A stretch of DNA of 64,000 bases, taken from NCBI GenBank assembly GCA_963740085.1, contig CAVUCU010000005.1:160001-224000 (forward strand), given 5' to 3'. A model generated the notes under the pieces. The model worked only from the letters and a program-made list of their open reading frames with translations, was not told where the DNA came from and ran no database searches. Made by a program: the position numbers and the translations under genes. Numbering within the stretch: the first letter of the stretch is position 1; each line of letters opens with the position of its first letter. The stretch is from Nitrospirota bacterium (lineage in GTDB: Bacteria > Nitrospirota > UBA9217). This document shows, one piece after another, positions 35,764-45,321 of this stretch.

Positions 35764-36228
35764 TCAAAACGGTTTCTTCTGTTCCTTGTCCCGCTGTTCT
35801 TGGGAGAGAAAGTCCAGGATAATATCATCAAGGCACTTTTCTTTCGCATCCCCCCTCGACGGGGGCTGGGGCGGTGATGACGGTTGTCCCTCCGCCGGTG
35901 CCGGATTCGGGGTCGGCACGGCTGGTGCGGACACGGACGCCGCTGACGGCGTGTACGTGGATTCGTGCGGCGCATTATTCAGGTCCAGCTTTCCATGCAT
36001 CAGGTCGCGGATCATCTGCTTATGCTGCTCCATCATCAACTCGCGCACGACTTCATCAAGACAGTCAGCCTTGAGAATATCGGCGTAGCTGGTCTTGCGC
36101 GAAGCGAGGATCGCACCCCGCAGATAGAGAAGAGAAGTTACAAAAGGACTGTTGACCCCGCCGTCCTCGGTCTGGCAATGGTAGACCTTCCCCTGAAATT
36201 TGAAGTCGGTATTGTAGCCGGTGAGCAT
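35764..36228 (-). CDS. Conserved hypothetical protein
   Basis: MLTGYNTDFKFQGKVYHCQTED N-terminal domain, Pro-rich linker, LDDIILDFL tail. Confidence 0.75.
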   Translation of the reverse strand: MLTGYNTDFKFQGKVYHCQTEDGGVNSPFVTSLLYLRGAILASRKTSYADILKADCLDEVVRELMMEQHKQMIRDLMHGKLDLNNAPHESTYTPSAASVSAPAVPTPNPAPAEGQPSSPPQPPSRGDAKEKCLDDIILDFLSQEQRDKEQKKPF

Positions 36229-36313
36229 AGGCGGGTATTATACAAAGCCGGGCAGGAAGTTGCAAGCCTTTTTGCTTGACAGTAAAAGCGGGTTAGTGTA
36301 ACTTTCATCGCGT

Positions 36314-36400
36314 GCCGGTGTGGTGAAATTGGTAGACGCAGAGGACTCAAAATCCTCCGGGGGCAACTCCATGTCGGTTCGATTCCGACCACCGGCACCA
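36314..36400 (+). tRNA. tRNA-Leu(CAA)
   Basis: GCCGGTG...CTCAAAA...long variable arm...TTCGATT...CCA; TTGACA promoter element at 36276. Confidence 0.97.
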
Positions 36401-36445
36401 TTCAAATCAATCTGTTAGAGCTATCCTCATTTCGTTATCATCCCC

Positions 36446-36610
36446 TTAAAAACCCGTATTCCCCGTAACTGTGCCCAAATTGTGCCGAAGCTGTGCCCGT
36501 GTGCCTTCACCTTGGAGCAGCGCGACCAACTTCTCCGATGCCATCTTGAGATCAGCCTTATTCACGATGTTGTAGCGATCGAAAACGGCTCTCGTTTTGT
36601 GTCCAAACAC
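36446..36610 (-). pseudogene. C-terminal remnant of a tyrosine integrase
   Basis: GHKTRAVFDRYNIV resembles box II with the catalytic Tyr; adjacent to the tRNA 3' end; no upstream domain. Confidence 0.75.
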
Positions 36611-36725
36611 AGTTGATGCAGAATCCCGGTTGTATCCCGCATCAACCATGAGTAAAGAGCGAAGTACCATCGATCCTTTCGCGATGAGTTCGGGAACGAG
36701 ATTGCGCGGAGCGGCTCGGCGATTC

Positions 36726-37052
36726 TTACGGTTTATGATGACAGAGGGAACAGCTCTTCTGATCCTTCACATCGAAGGCTATCTCACCATTATGGCACCT
36801 ACCGCAGAAGGCTCCCTTAGTCATTTTCGTCATGTCCATTTTGTACGCTGCTCCTTTTTCCATTTGGAATGTATGATAATGGCAACCGCTGCACTTAAGC
36901 CCCTTTACTTCATGTTTTTTATGGCTAAATGCAACTGGGAACGCGTTTTTAGGCGAAAAGATGAGATCCCCGCCACCCACTTCCTGTGCGATAGAGCCGA
37001 GCGGAATAACGATGCCAATTATAACCACCATTATTGCAAGCAACCTTTTCAT
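36726..37052 (-). CDS. Periplasmic triheme c7-type cytochrome
   Basis: Signal peptide, FSHKKH, three CxxCH motifs (CSGCH, CGRCH, CSLCH). Confidence 0.88.
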   Translation of the reverse strand: MKRLLAIMVVIIGIVIPLGSIAQEVGGGDLIFSPKNAFPVAFSHKKHEVKGLKCSGCHYHTFQMEKGAAYKMDMTKMTKGAFCGRCHNGEIAFDVKDQKSCSLCHHKP

Positions 37053-37898
37053 ATTTTTTGTCCTCCCATTAGCTCGATCTCAGCGATAAGGTGATGCAGT
37101 TAAAACGGGATCTATTGCAACGAATGTATCCCCGATTTAGAGCGATGTCAACTAAGATAAGCGGACATTCTATGGATAACGCTATCAATTCCAGAATGTA
37201 TTCTGTATTTCTTTTCAGTTTAGAGCATGTGTTTGGGGAACCATCCCGAGCTCGAATTATTTTATTTCCTCCATTTCTTTTTGTTTTAAATCCCTGCGAT
37301 AAATTCAAGATGCACTTTTTAGCGTCAGACTAATTCAGAAATCGTTAAGTACAGGAAGGAATCTTGAACTGAATAAGTTTATCACAAGTACATTTATCAT
37401 TCAGTATTTATTTGGCAGTCGCGATAGCTCGATTATATGCCAAATCCTGCAAAATTACCAGCCGCTCTTACCGTGAAAAGGAATGATCTGGGTCACGACG
37501 CAATGGGTGATAGGGGGGCAAGCCTTCCTTTGCAAGATCTTCCTTCAGAATCTACATTGTTCCTAAATTACACGCGTGAGGATACAAAAGGGGTCTTTTC
37601 TGCGCTTCTTTGTGGAAGAAAACGATCTTCACCGTGATATTCGCACATCGGCTGTTTTCTCAACGCAGAAAGATAAAAAGCTCCTTGACTTTGAATATCG
37701 CATATCAGTATACTTGACATATATAAAAGCATGCAATTTATCAACTGTTCCAGGAGGCGCTCATTCTTTCTGAAGTACACGCGCTTTAAAGAGCCGGCGA
37801 TTGCATTATAATGACACTCATTGATAATGTTGCTTCGGCATTACATGTTCCTTTCTTGATCCGATCCTCTTGTTTCAGCTCTAAGGGGCGAATTGATA

Positions 37899-38612
37899 AT
37901 GCAGGACAAGAGACAGTATAAGAGATACAATTTAGATTTAATAGAAATAAACGGCAAGATGAGCCTGACCGACAAAGTCGAACTTCTCGATATTAGTCTC
38001 GGGGGAGTAGCCCTGAAAGCAGACCGGAGACTTAATATCGGCCAAGAGTATATGATCAAGCTGCAGGAAAAAGGGAAAACTCTCGATGTGAAGGGCATTG
38101 TGGTTCGTTCAGAGTTAAGCGGAATCGAAGACAGAGGCCACGGCGAAAGAGTCTCCATATACACGGCAGGGTTGGTATTTAAAGACGGCTACGCGGATAA
38201 GATGGCCGAATTTCTCAAACCGATCGAGCAAAAGAGAAAGAAAGAATCGCCGGTCGTGATTGATGATCGGCGGCTCAATGTCAGGTTTAATATCACCACT
38301 CCCCGGGAGAAGATTCTGAGCTACCCTGTTCAGTTTAAGGTGAGGACGATCAGTCAGGGTGGAATGCTCATCCAAACCCATCAGTCCGTTGAGATCAACA
38401 GTACTATCCCCATGGAGCTGTCCCTGTATACCGACAAAGCCGTTACGTTTACCGGAAGAGTTGCGTCATGCGATAAGATGGACAACGCTGACCTAGCATT
38501 CTATAATATCGGCGTGCAATTCACCAATCTAACGGACAAGGACAAGGAACTGCTCAAGACATTCATAGATTATCTGGCGGAACTGGAAGCCAAAGACGCG
38601 GCCAAAAAATAA
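37899..38612 (+). CDS. Tandem PilZ-domain protein
   Basis: KRQYKR...DISLGG and RRLNVR...TISQGG. Confidence 0.85.
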   Translation: MQDKRQYKRYNLDLIEINGKMSLTDKVELLDISLGGVALKADRRLNIGQEYMIKLQEKGKTLDVKGIVVRSELSGIEDRGHGERVSIYTAGLVFKDGYADKMAEFLKPIEQKRKKESPVVIDDRRLNVRFNITTPREKILSYPVQFKVRTISQGGMLIQTHQSVEINSTIPMELSLYTDKAVTFTGRVASCDKMDNADLAFYNIGVQFTNLTDKDKELLKTFIDYLAELEAKDAAKK

Positions 38613-38737
38613 GCAGCCCGTTATTCGCAATCACCGTTGAATCAGATTTCCTTCTTCAGTCCTCGTCTGTTTTATGTACCCGTCCGCATCCTCATTACCG
38701 AAATTACCGAATCCCCATGAATCTCTTTTTTAACCGA

Positions 38738-39274
38738 CTACAGTTTTTCCATCTCTGATCCAAAAAATCCGAAGGCTTCCTTGTCAGCTATGCAAAACTC
38801 GATAACTTCAAGTGAAGATGTCGGCGCTCCTTTCAAGAACGCAGCAGTTTCACCAACCAGTATCTTCGCACACCGGTCCTTGGGAAAACCGAATATCCCC
38901 GCGCTGATGGCGGGTATTGAGATACTCCTGAGCTCTTTCTCCGTGGCAAGTGCAAGCACACTGTTGATCGCCTTCTTTAACTTGTTGTCCTCGTCCCCCT
39001 CACCCATCCTCGGCCCGACCGCGTGAATGACGTACCGCGCTTTCAATTTTCCACCCGTAGTGATCGCAGCACCGCCGACCGGCACATAGCCGATCTTGTC
39101 GCTCTCGTCCTGAATGACCTGTCCGCCTTTTCTCACGATCGCGCCCGCGACACCGCCGCCATGTTGCAGCCGGCTGTTCGCCGCGTTCACGATCGCATCA
39201 ACGTCGCGCTCGGTGAGATCTGCTGACACCAGCCGGATGGTCGTCTTATTGATCTTTCTCTCGATAGTCTCCAT
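38738..39274 (-). CDS. Macrodomain protein (ADP-ribose binding/hydrolase)
   Basis: DAIVNAAN, HGGGVAGAI, VIHAVGP, PAISAGIFGFP. Confidence 0.93.
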   Translation of the reverse strand: METIERKINKTTIRLVSADLTERDVDAIVNAANSRLQHGGGVAGAIVRKGGQVIQDESDKIGYVPVGGAAITTGGKLKARYVIHAVGPRMGEGDEDNKLKKAINSVLALATEKELRSISIPAISAGIFGFPKDRCAKILVGETAAFLKGAPTSSLEVIEFCIADKEAFGFFGSEMEKL

Positions 39275-39333
39275 TAAAGACCTCCTCACTCGAACCAGCC
39301 GATACTGTTATTACCACAGAGGTCACGAAGACC

Positions 39334-40587
39334 TCAAAGAAATTTTTTCCTTTCCCGATCCCCGAATATTCTTACCTTCCCGAACTCGCCATCAAACCCG
39401 GGAGAGATATGAACGTTCCCCGCGCGCATGCGTGCCACAGCCTCCCGGATGAGCGGCGAACCTGCGCGCTCGATATCATCGAGCGGAGAGTCCAGGAGTA
39501 TCTTGAACTCATTGCCCAGCCGTTCGAGCAATGGCAGATACAGGGCGTTCACTTTTTTGGTATTTACCCCGCATTCCAGACCCTCGGCAATGATCTCCGG
39601 AAGGGGGATGATGGAGGCAAAGGAAGGCGCATCCGCAAGCTTGAAACCTTCCTTCCGGTCGGCAAGTTTCTCCACCCGGTGCATCACGCCGACGGTCACT
39701 TTCCTGCCGCATTCCGGGCAGAGGTAATTATGATCTATCGTTTCTTTCGGCGTCTGGCTGACGCCGCAATCCCGGTGGCCGTCGTAGTGATACTTCCCCT
39801 GCTCGGGAAAGAACTCGATGGTCCCGAGAAATCCTTTTCTCGTTTTAATAGCCTTCATCATTGCTGCATACGTGATGTCCGTGTCGAGGATGTTCGCCTC
39901 GCGCCCGATCTTTGCCGCGGAGTGGGCATCTGAGTTTGAGACGAGCGTGATCGTATCGAGAGCGGAAATCCTCCAGTTCATGGACGGATCTGATGACAGC
40001 CCTGTCTCAACGGCGTGGATATGCGGCGTAAGCTCCTCATAACACTCGTCCAGCGAATCAAAGCCCGAGGCAGCGCCGAGTACGGAGAAGTGCGGAGTCC
40101 AAACATGTGCCGGGATGAGCAGGGCGTCAGGCGAGATGTCGAGGGTGATCTGGAGCAGCTTCTTTGCATCGAGTCCGAGGATCGGCCTGCCGTCGGATTT
40201 GAGGTTGCCGATCTTTGACAGGACAAGATTCAATCGCCCGGCAGCCGCGAAGTCCGGCATGAGGATGACGGAATGGACCTTCCGCGTCTTTCCGTTCTTG
40301 CGGTAAATGGTGCTGACCTCGGCGGAGAGGATGAACGAGACATCCGCCTTACACGCTCCGGGAACGTCATCGGTCATGTACTTTTTCCTGAGCGTGAACA
40401 AACCGTTGCCCGCTGGATCGAGCTTCTTCTTCAGCTCTTTGATCCATTGGGGATGGGTAAAGTCTCCGGTCCCGATGACAGTGATGCCCTTAAGCTGAGC
40501 CCATTTCCAAATGCCTTCCGGGCACATGTCCGGGCTCGTGGCGCGTGAATAGTGGGAATGAACGTGGAGGTCGGCTATAAATCGCAC
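39334..40587 (-). CDS. Endonuclease Q family (PHP domain plus Zn ribbon)
   Basis: DLHVHSHYSRATS, GTGDFTHP, SNSDAHS, GKYHYDGHRDC, CPECG, PGFDGEFG. Confidence 0.88.
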   Translation of the reverse strand: MRFIADLHVHSHYSRATSPDMCPEGIWKWAQLKGITVIGTGDFTHPQWIKELKKKLDPAGNGLFTLRKKYMTDDVPGACKADVSFILSAEVSTIYRKNGKTRKVHSVILMPDFAAAGRLNLVLSKIGNLKSDGRPILGLDAKKLLQITLDISPDALLIPAHVWTPHFSVLGAASGFDSLDECYEELTPHIHAVETGLSSDPSMNWRISALDTITLVSNSDAHSAAKIGREANILDTDITYAAMMKAIKTRKGFLGTIEFFPEQGKYHYDGHRDCGVSQTPKETIDHNYLCPECGRKVTVGVMHRVEKLADRKEGFKLADAPSFASIIPLPEIIAEGLECGVNTKKVNALYLPLLERLGNEFKILLDSPLDDIERAGSPLIREAVARMRAGNVHISPGFDGEFGKVRIFGDRERKKFL

Positions 40588-40676
40588 GGCAGATTATAGC
40601 ATTATCCCAAGCGTTGAGAAACAGAATTTTCAGGTTGGAAATCGGGGGGACTTCTCGTTTTTTTGTTGGCCTCACG

Positions 40677-40750
40677 TGCAGCAACCGGATCCTGTTGCTG
40701 CAGAACCCGTATTAAAATGAGTTGACGATTTGCATCATGGGTCGTACAAT
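40677..40750 (+). promoter_or_regulatory. 26-bp palindrome plus sigma70 promoter
   Basis: TGCAGCAACCGGATCCTGTTGCTGCA (40677-40702), then TTGACG-17 nt-TACAAT (40722-40750). Confidence 0.65.
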
Positions 40751-40780
40751 TGAGCAACGGAAATCAAATAGAATGTGACC

Positions 40781-41113
40781 ATGCATGAACAATTAATCAG
40801 TGAACCCCTCACCCCTGTGGTCACCACAAGCGACACGTCGCGCATGGCAACCGGGGAACCCGGTCTCCCGCGCGAGTTCCTTTGGCGGGGCCGAACAATC
40901 CGGATCACGGCCGTACTGCGCACCTGGCGCGAAACCGGGAAATGTCACCACGGAAGTCCCGAGTTGTATGTTCGCAAACACTGGTATGAGGTAGAAACCG
41001 AAACCGACGGCACGATGAAGATCTATTTCGACCGGCAGGCGCGCAAAGGACGCAAAGATGCCCGGTGGTGGCTGTTCACCATTAATAGCCTGGAAGGAAT
41101 GAACCGGGGCTAA
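40781..41113 (+). CDS. DUF6504-like protein
   Basis: EPGLPREFLWRG, YVRKHWYEV, IYFDRQ...WWL. Confidence 0.7.
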   Translation: MHEQLISEPLTPVVTTSDTSRMATGEPGLPREFLWRGRTIRITAVLRTWRETGKCHHGSPELYVRKHWYEVETETDGTMKIYFDRQARKGRKDARWWLFTINSLEGMNRG

Positions 41114-41182
41114 ACTCAGCATTTGATCTCTCGTTTCGACTTTTGTATAAAAACGATAACAGACCATCTCTCAGGCTGAAAC

Positions 41183-41413
41183 ATGACTGATAAAAAAACC
41201 AAAGATCCCCTTCACGGCATCACTCTTGAAATGATACTTACCCAACTGGTGGAACAGTATGGCTGGGATGAAATGGGGAAGGCCGTCAAGATCAAATGCT
41301 TTACCAATGATCCGAGCATCAAATCCAGCCTGCAGTTTCTGAGGAGAACTCCCTGGGCGAGAAACAAGGTTGAAGCTCTCTATGTGAGGGATAAAAGGGG
41401 GAGCGCGAAATAA
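41183..41413 (+). CDS. VF530 (DUF2132) putative DNA-binding protein
   Basis: [36 protein letters not shown]. Confidence 0.9.
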   Translation: MTDKKTKDPLHGITLEMILTQLVEQYGWDEMGKAVKIKCFTNDPSIKSSLQFLRRTPWARNKVEALYVRDKRGSAK

Positions 41414-41504
41414 CTGTGGGTACGTTGTTTCTATCCATGCTTTTCTGCCGCCCTGTCGTTTCATGTAATCATCGACATCCAGCAATCTGCGGGAAAAACA
41501 TTCC

Positions 41505-41933
41505 ATGAGATTATGGTCTATTCATCCATGCTATCTGGATTCAAAAGGACTCGTGGCATTGTGGAGGGAGTCATTATTAGCTCAAAAGGTTTTGAAAGGC
41601 GAAACAAAAGGCTATCGGCATCATCCACAGCTGAATCGCTTTAAGGATTGCTCAAACCCTTTGGCTGCTATTGCTTCATATCTTATCGCTGTGTACGAAG
41701 AAGCACTGCAACGCGGATATCATTTCAATATAAGCAAGATAGTGAATCGACCGATGAGATCGCGCATACCGGTAACCAGAGGCCAGCTTGACTACGAGTT
41801 CACCCATTTAAAGCACAAATTGTCAAAAAGAAACCCAGCACTGATCAAAGAACTTAATTTGGTAGCCAGACCCAAACCGAATGCTTTGTTCTGCGTCAAA
41901 ACGGGGCCAATAGAAAAATGGGAGTCCCAATGA
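41505..41933 (+). CDS. Pyrimidine-dimer DNA glycosylase family protein
   Basis: MRLWSIHPCYLDSKGLVALWRESLLAQKVL...GYRHHPQL. Confidence 0.85.
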   Translation: MRLWSIHPCYLDSKGLVALWRESLLAQKVLKGETKGYRHHPQLNRFKDCSNPLAAIASYLIAVYEEALQRGYHFNISKIVNRPMRSRIPVTRGQLDYEFTHLKHKLSKRNPALIKELNLVARPKPNALFCVKTGPIEKWESQ

Positions 41934-42004
41934 GCGAGGCCTCACTTCCCGCAGATCTTTTATGATAGCGTTTCCCTTTGTGACTGAAACCATCTCCGGT
42001 CCGC

Positions 42005-42119
42005 CAACATAGGGCTCGTTCCAGCAATCCGCAGGGATAACGCCCTTGTATGCCCGGGCGAAATCGTTGATGATGGCATAGAGCGTTTCGAAATCTTTTT
42101 CAATACATTCTCGTATCAT
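42005..42119 (-). pseudogene. N-terminal fragment of a GNAT acetyltransferase
   Basis: MIRECIEKDFETLYAIINDFARAYKGVIPADCWNEPY, after which similarity is lost. Confidence 0.6.
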
Positions 42120-42135
42120 GACATCTTCGCCGCTC

Positions 42136-42696
42136 TCAGGCGCCCCATCGTTCGTTAAAGCAGATCTCGTCAAGAGGCCTCCTCTTCGGACCGTCCTTCT
42201 TCTCCTCGGTCGGATATCCCAGGGGAAGAAGCCCGATGATCCTGATCGAAGTCGGAATGTTCAAAAGTTTTTTCACCTTCTCTTCGTCATAGATGCCCAC
42301 GAAGACCGTACCGAGACCCAGGCTTCTTGCCGCAAGCATCAGGTTCTGGGCAGCAATGCCGGCATCCACGAGGTAGTAGTTTTGGTCCCAGAGCACGCCT
42401 GACTGGGCCGGGTCTGCACAGAACACGATCACCACCGGCGCGGCGGCAAGGGCCTTCTTCGAGGGGTTGGACTTGTATCCTTTGGGCGAAAAGTAGGACT
42501 CCACGTAAGACAGGTCGCTGATCTTTTCCCGCATAGCCTTGTCCTTCACCACCACCATTCGCCAGCACTGCATGTTCGCCCACGACGGCGCCAGGCGCAC
42601 AGCATCCAGCACGGACCGGATCTTTTCGTCTTCAACGGGTTTATCCTGATACGTTCGGACGCTCCTCCGCGTCTTAATCGCTTCGAATAGTTCCAT
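42136..42696 (-). CDS. Nitroreductase family protein
   Basis: [37 protein letters not shown]. Confidence 0.92.
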   Translation of the reverse strand: MELFEAIKTRRSVRTYQDKPVEDEKIRSVLDAVRLAPSWANMQCWRMVVVKDKAMREKISDLSYVESYFSPKGYKSNPSKKALAAAPVVIVFCADPAQSGVLWDQNYYLVDAGIAAQNLMLAARSLGLGTVFVGIYDEEKVKKLLNIPTSIRIIGLLPLGYPTEEKKDGPKRRPLDEICFNERWGA

Positions 42697-42780
42697 TTGC
42701 GGACCTCCTTCTGAACAACGAGCAAAACAAAAGGGAATGGAATATGCCACCCCCTCATTGAAGACTAACTCTTCATTTTT

Positions 42781-43095
42781 TTACTTTCCGTACAAATGGA
42801 CCGTGTACTGGTTCCAGATGCCGAGGACTTTCAGCGTCTCCAGGTCCGCGAAATAGAGTTCATTCATACCGTTCTTCTTTGCGATGTCGCCGAATGCAGC
42901 ACTGTCCCAGGCAACACCGATCCAATTGACCTGGACATGCTTTATATCGCCTGTCTTCTCCGTCTGGACAACGCTGGTCCGGTGCAGATCGAGGGTAAGG
43001 GGCGCCACGGTGTGGGTGTAGAGAATTCCCGCACCGCAACCGGAAAGCAGGAAAGCCAGCCCCACGACTACCAGCGCAAACCTGACATTTCTCAT
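42781..43095 (-). CDS. TRL-like lipoprotein
   Basis: Lipobox LSGC, LYTHT.P, VAWDS, YTVHLYG. Confidence 0.7.
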   Translation of the reverse strand: MRNVRFALVVVGLAFLLSGCGAGILYTHTVAPLTLDLHRTSVVQTEKTGDIKHVQVNWIGVAWDSAAFGDIAKKNGMNELYFADLETLKVLGIWNQYTVHLYGK

Positions 43096-43108
43096 GGCTG
43101 CCCCCTCG

Positions 43109-43405
43109 TCAATCACCGTACACGATCGTGGTCGTCTCGGTATAGATGCCAAAAATGATATTCAGAAACTCCCTGTCCATATGGTTCAGCGTAGAGATGC
43201 CGCCTTGCTTGGCAGCCGCTGCCGTGCTCGCGTCACCCCAGGCCACGAGCCCCAGGATCGAATACATGGCAGCCCTCCCCGTCTTCTGACCCAGGACCGT
43301 CTTGTCGAGGTTCGTGTCATAGGGCGTCAACACGTGAGTGTACAGACAGCCTGTCACAAGAAATGCAATAAGAAGCACCGCGGCAAAAAGCTTGACGATC
43401 TTCAT
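43109..43405 (-). CDS. TRL-like lipoprotein
   Basis: Lipobox VTGC, ILGLVAWGDAS..AAAKQGGI, TTIVYGD. Confidence 0.8.
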   Translation of the reverse strand: MKIVKLFAAVLLIAFLVTGCLYTHVLTPYDTNLDKTVLGQKTGRAAMYSILGLVAWGDASTAAAAKQGGISTLNHMDREFLNIIFGIYTETTTIVYGD

Positions 43406-43473
43406 ATTTTCCTCCTCGGCGAGAGATGTGCGAACAGTGAAATTATATCATAAAATTATTGTGCCTGAAATAA

Positions 43474-44574
43474 TCAGCGAAAAGGAAACAGCTGCTTGAT
43501 AAATGAGGTCATTCGCTCCTCTGCCACCTCAATGCTTTCGAGCAGCCGGAACTGTACGCGGGCGCGGTGAAGATTGTGGGTCGGATATTTTATCTTGAAA
43601 TAGACGTCGCCCCGCAGATAATCGGCGAGGAACCTGAGACCGAGCTCAAAGGTGATAACCTTTACCGACTGGGGCAGGAGTGCGAGCTCCGTTTTCGTAA
43701 GGAACGCTCCTGCCTCGCGAAGATAACCTTCCGCTATTGCCTCAAACAGAACCATGTCGATGCCGATCGATTCGAGGTCCTTCGCGTTCTCTCCCGCGAG
43801 GTTCGCGGCGGAGCGCACGCAGTCGCCGAAATCGAAGTGCACGATCCCGGGCTTCACCGTGTCCAGATCAAGCATGCACAGGGCTTCCCCGCTCTCCTTT
43901 TGGATCATGATGTTGTTCACCTTGGGATCGTTGTGCACAACCCGGAGCGGGAGCTTTTTTGAGGCAATGAGATCGGTCAGGGTCGACGCAAGGTCTCTTC
44001 TCCGGAACACGAATGCATTCTCAGGCCCGACCTCCGCGACCCTGCCCCCGACATCCGCTTTGACAGCATCGTCATATGCCGCAAGATATTTCGGTGTGGA
44101 ATGGAATCCCGGGAGCGTGTCGTGCAACGCCAGGGGCGGCAGGTCCGAGACCAGCGCCTGGAACCGGCCGACGCCGCGGCCCACCTCGTAGGCATGTTTC
44201 CTGTTTTGTACCGTATCAAAGACTATCCCGGTTTCTATGAAATGGAACACCCGCCAGTATGCGCCGTTCTCATCGAGAAGGAATGATCGGCCGCTCCGGG
44301 CGCTGATCAGCGCGGGCGTCACTGCATAGGGTTCGGCCACCCGCTCTGCGCGCAGCCGCTTGACGATGTGCGTCGTCACGGTCTCCACGTTCTGCATCAC
44401 CTGTTCCGGGTGCGTGAACACAGACGCATTGATCCTTTGGAGGATGAATTTGCGGGGTCTTCCACCGTCGTCGAACTCGCAGAGATAGGTGTCGTTGATC
44501 AGGCCAGAGCCGAACCGCCCGGACCTGACGAATGTGCCGGGGATGGAAAATTGAGAGATGATGGTTTTGAGCAT
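43474..44574 (-). CDS. APH/choline-kinase-fold phosphotransferase (N-acetylhexosamine kinase-like)
   Basis: GSGLINDTY, LQRIN, HNDPKVNN, DLDTVKPG, DFGDCVRS; alternative start at 44625. Confidence 0.85.
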   Translation of the reverse strand: MLKTIISQFSIPGTFVRSGRFGSGLINDTYLCEFDDGGRPRKFILQRINASVFTHPEQVMQNVETVTTHIVKRLRAERVAEPYAVTPALISARSGRSFLLDENGAYWRVFHFIETGIVFDTVQNRKHAYEVGRGVGRFQALVSDLPPLALHDTLPGFHSTPKYLAAYDDAVKADVGGRVAEVGPENAFVFRRRDLASTLTDLIASKKLPLRVVHNDPKVNNIMIQKESGEALCMLDLDTVKPGIVHFDFGDCVRSAANLAGENAKDLESIGIDMVLFEAIAEGYLREAGAFLTKTELALLPQSVKVITFELGLRFLADYLRGDVYFKIKYPTHNLHRARVQFRLLESIEVAEERMTSFIKQLFPFR

Positions 44575-44621
44575 GGTCCTTGAAATAAAATCATTCGACT
44601 GGATCGGACTGACGATCTTAT

Positions 44622-45254
44622 TCACTTCTTCGCGAGAATCAAGAACACCGAAAACTCTTTTTTCCCTTTTCCCTCCACGTCTTTTATCATCGTCGTTGCC
44701 GTAGTATCACGAACATCATGGAATCCGGCAGACAAAAGAAGTTTTTTCAGGTGCTGGCGGTCAAAACCCTGATGGAACACGCCGGTGTTGTCGCCATGGA
44801 ACGATCCGTCTTCGGCATCAAGATCTGCAAAGCACAGGAGCCCTCCCGGCAGCAGAAGCTCATGCCATTGCTTGAACAGTCTCGCCGTGTCCGGCACATG
44901 GTGCAGGGTCATGCTGCTCGTGAGCAGATGGTATCTGCCCTCAATGCTGCCGTTCTTCTCGAGATCCACGAAAAGGGTCCGCGCATTCGCGATCCCCTGC
45001 GTCTTGATCTTTCCCTCCAGAACGCCGAGCATGCCCTGAGAGCTGTCCACGCCAAGGATGTTCCTGACGAGAGGCTGCAGTCTGAGCATGACAAGGCCGG
45101 TCCCGCACCCGAAGTCCAGCACATCCATGTCGCCCGCAGGCATCGCCTCTCTGATGATCGCGTCAGCAACCTCGTTCGCGAGCTTCACGCGTCCTTGGTT
45201 TGCATCCCACTTCGCCGCTTCCTTGTCAAAATCTCTTTTCTCTTTCGGCTGCAT
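44622..45254 (-). CDS. Class I SAM-dependent methyltransferase
   Basis: LDFGCGTG, SSMTLHHV, EDGSFH. Confidence 0.9.
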   Translation of the reverse strand: MQPKEKRDFDKEAAKWDANQGRVKLANEVADAIIREAMPAGDMDVLDFGCGTGLVMLRLQPLVRNILGVDSSQGMLGVLEGKIKTQGIANARTLFVDLEKNGSIEGRYHLLTSSMTLHHVPDTARLFKQWHELLLPGGLLCFADLDAEDGSFHGDNTGVFHQGFDRQHLKKLLLSAGFHDVRDTTATTMIKDVEGKGKKEFSVFLILAKK

Positions 45255-45321
45255 AAGTCGATTCTCCTCTGACCATAAGTACTTCACGAGCTAACGGACA
45301 ATGATCCGGGAACTGCCGTCT

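Noticed and set aside
37069-37780. Short ORFs, sigma54-like TGGCA sites and a possible c-di-GMP riboswitch in the AT-rich spacer
   Set aside because: The ORFs lack motifs, the GG-N10-GC spacing is off by one, and I could not match a riboswitch consensus.
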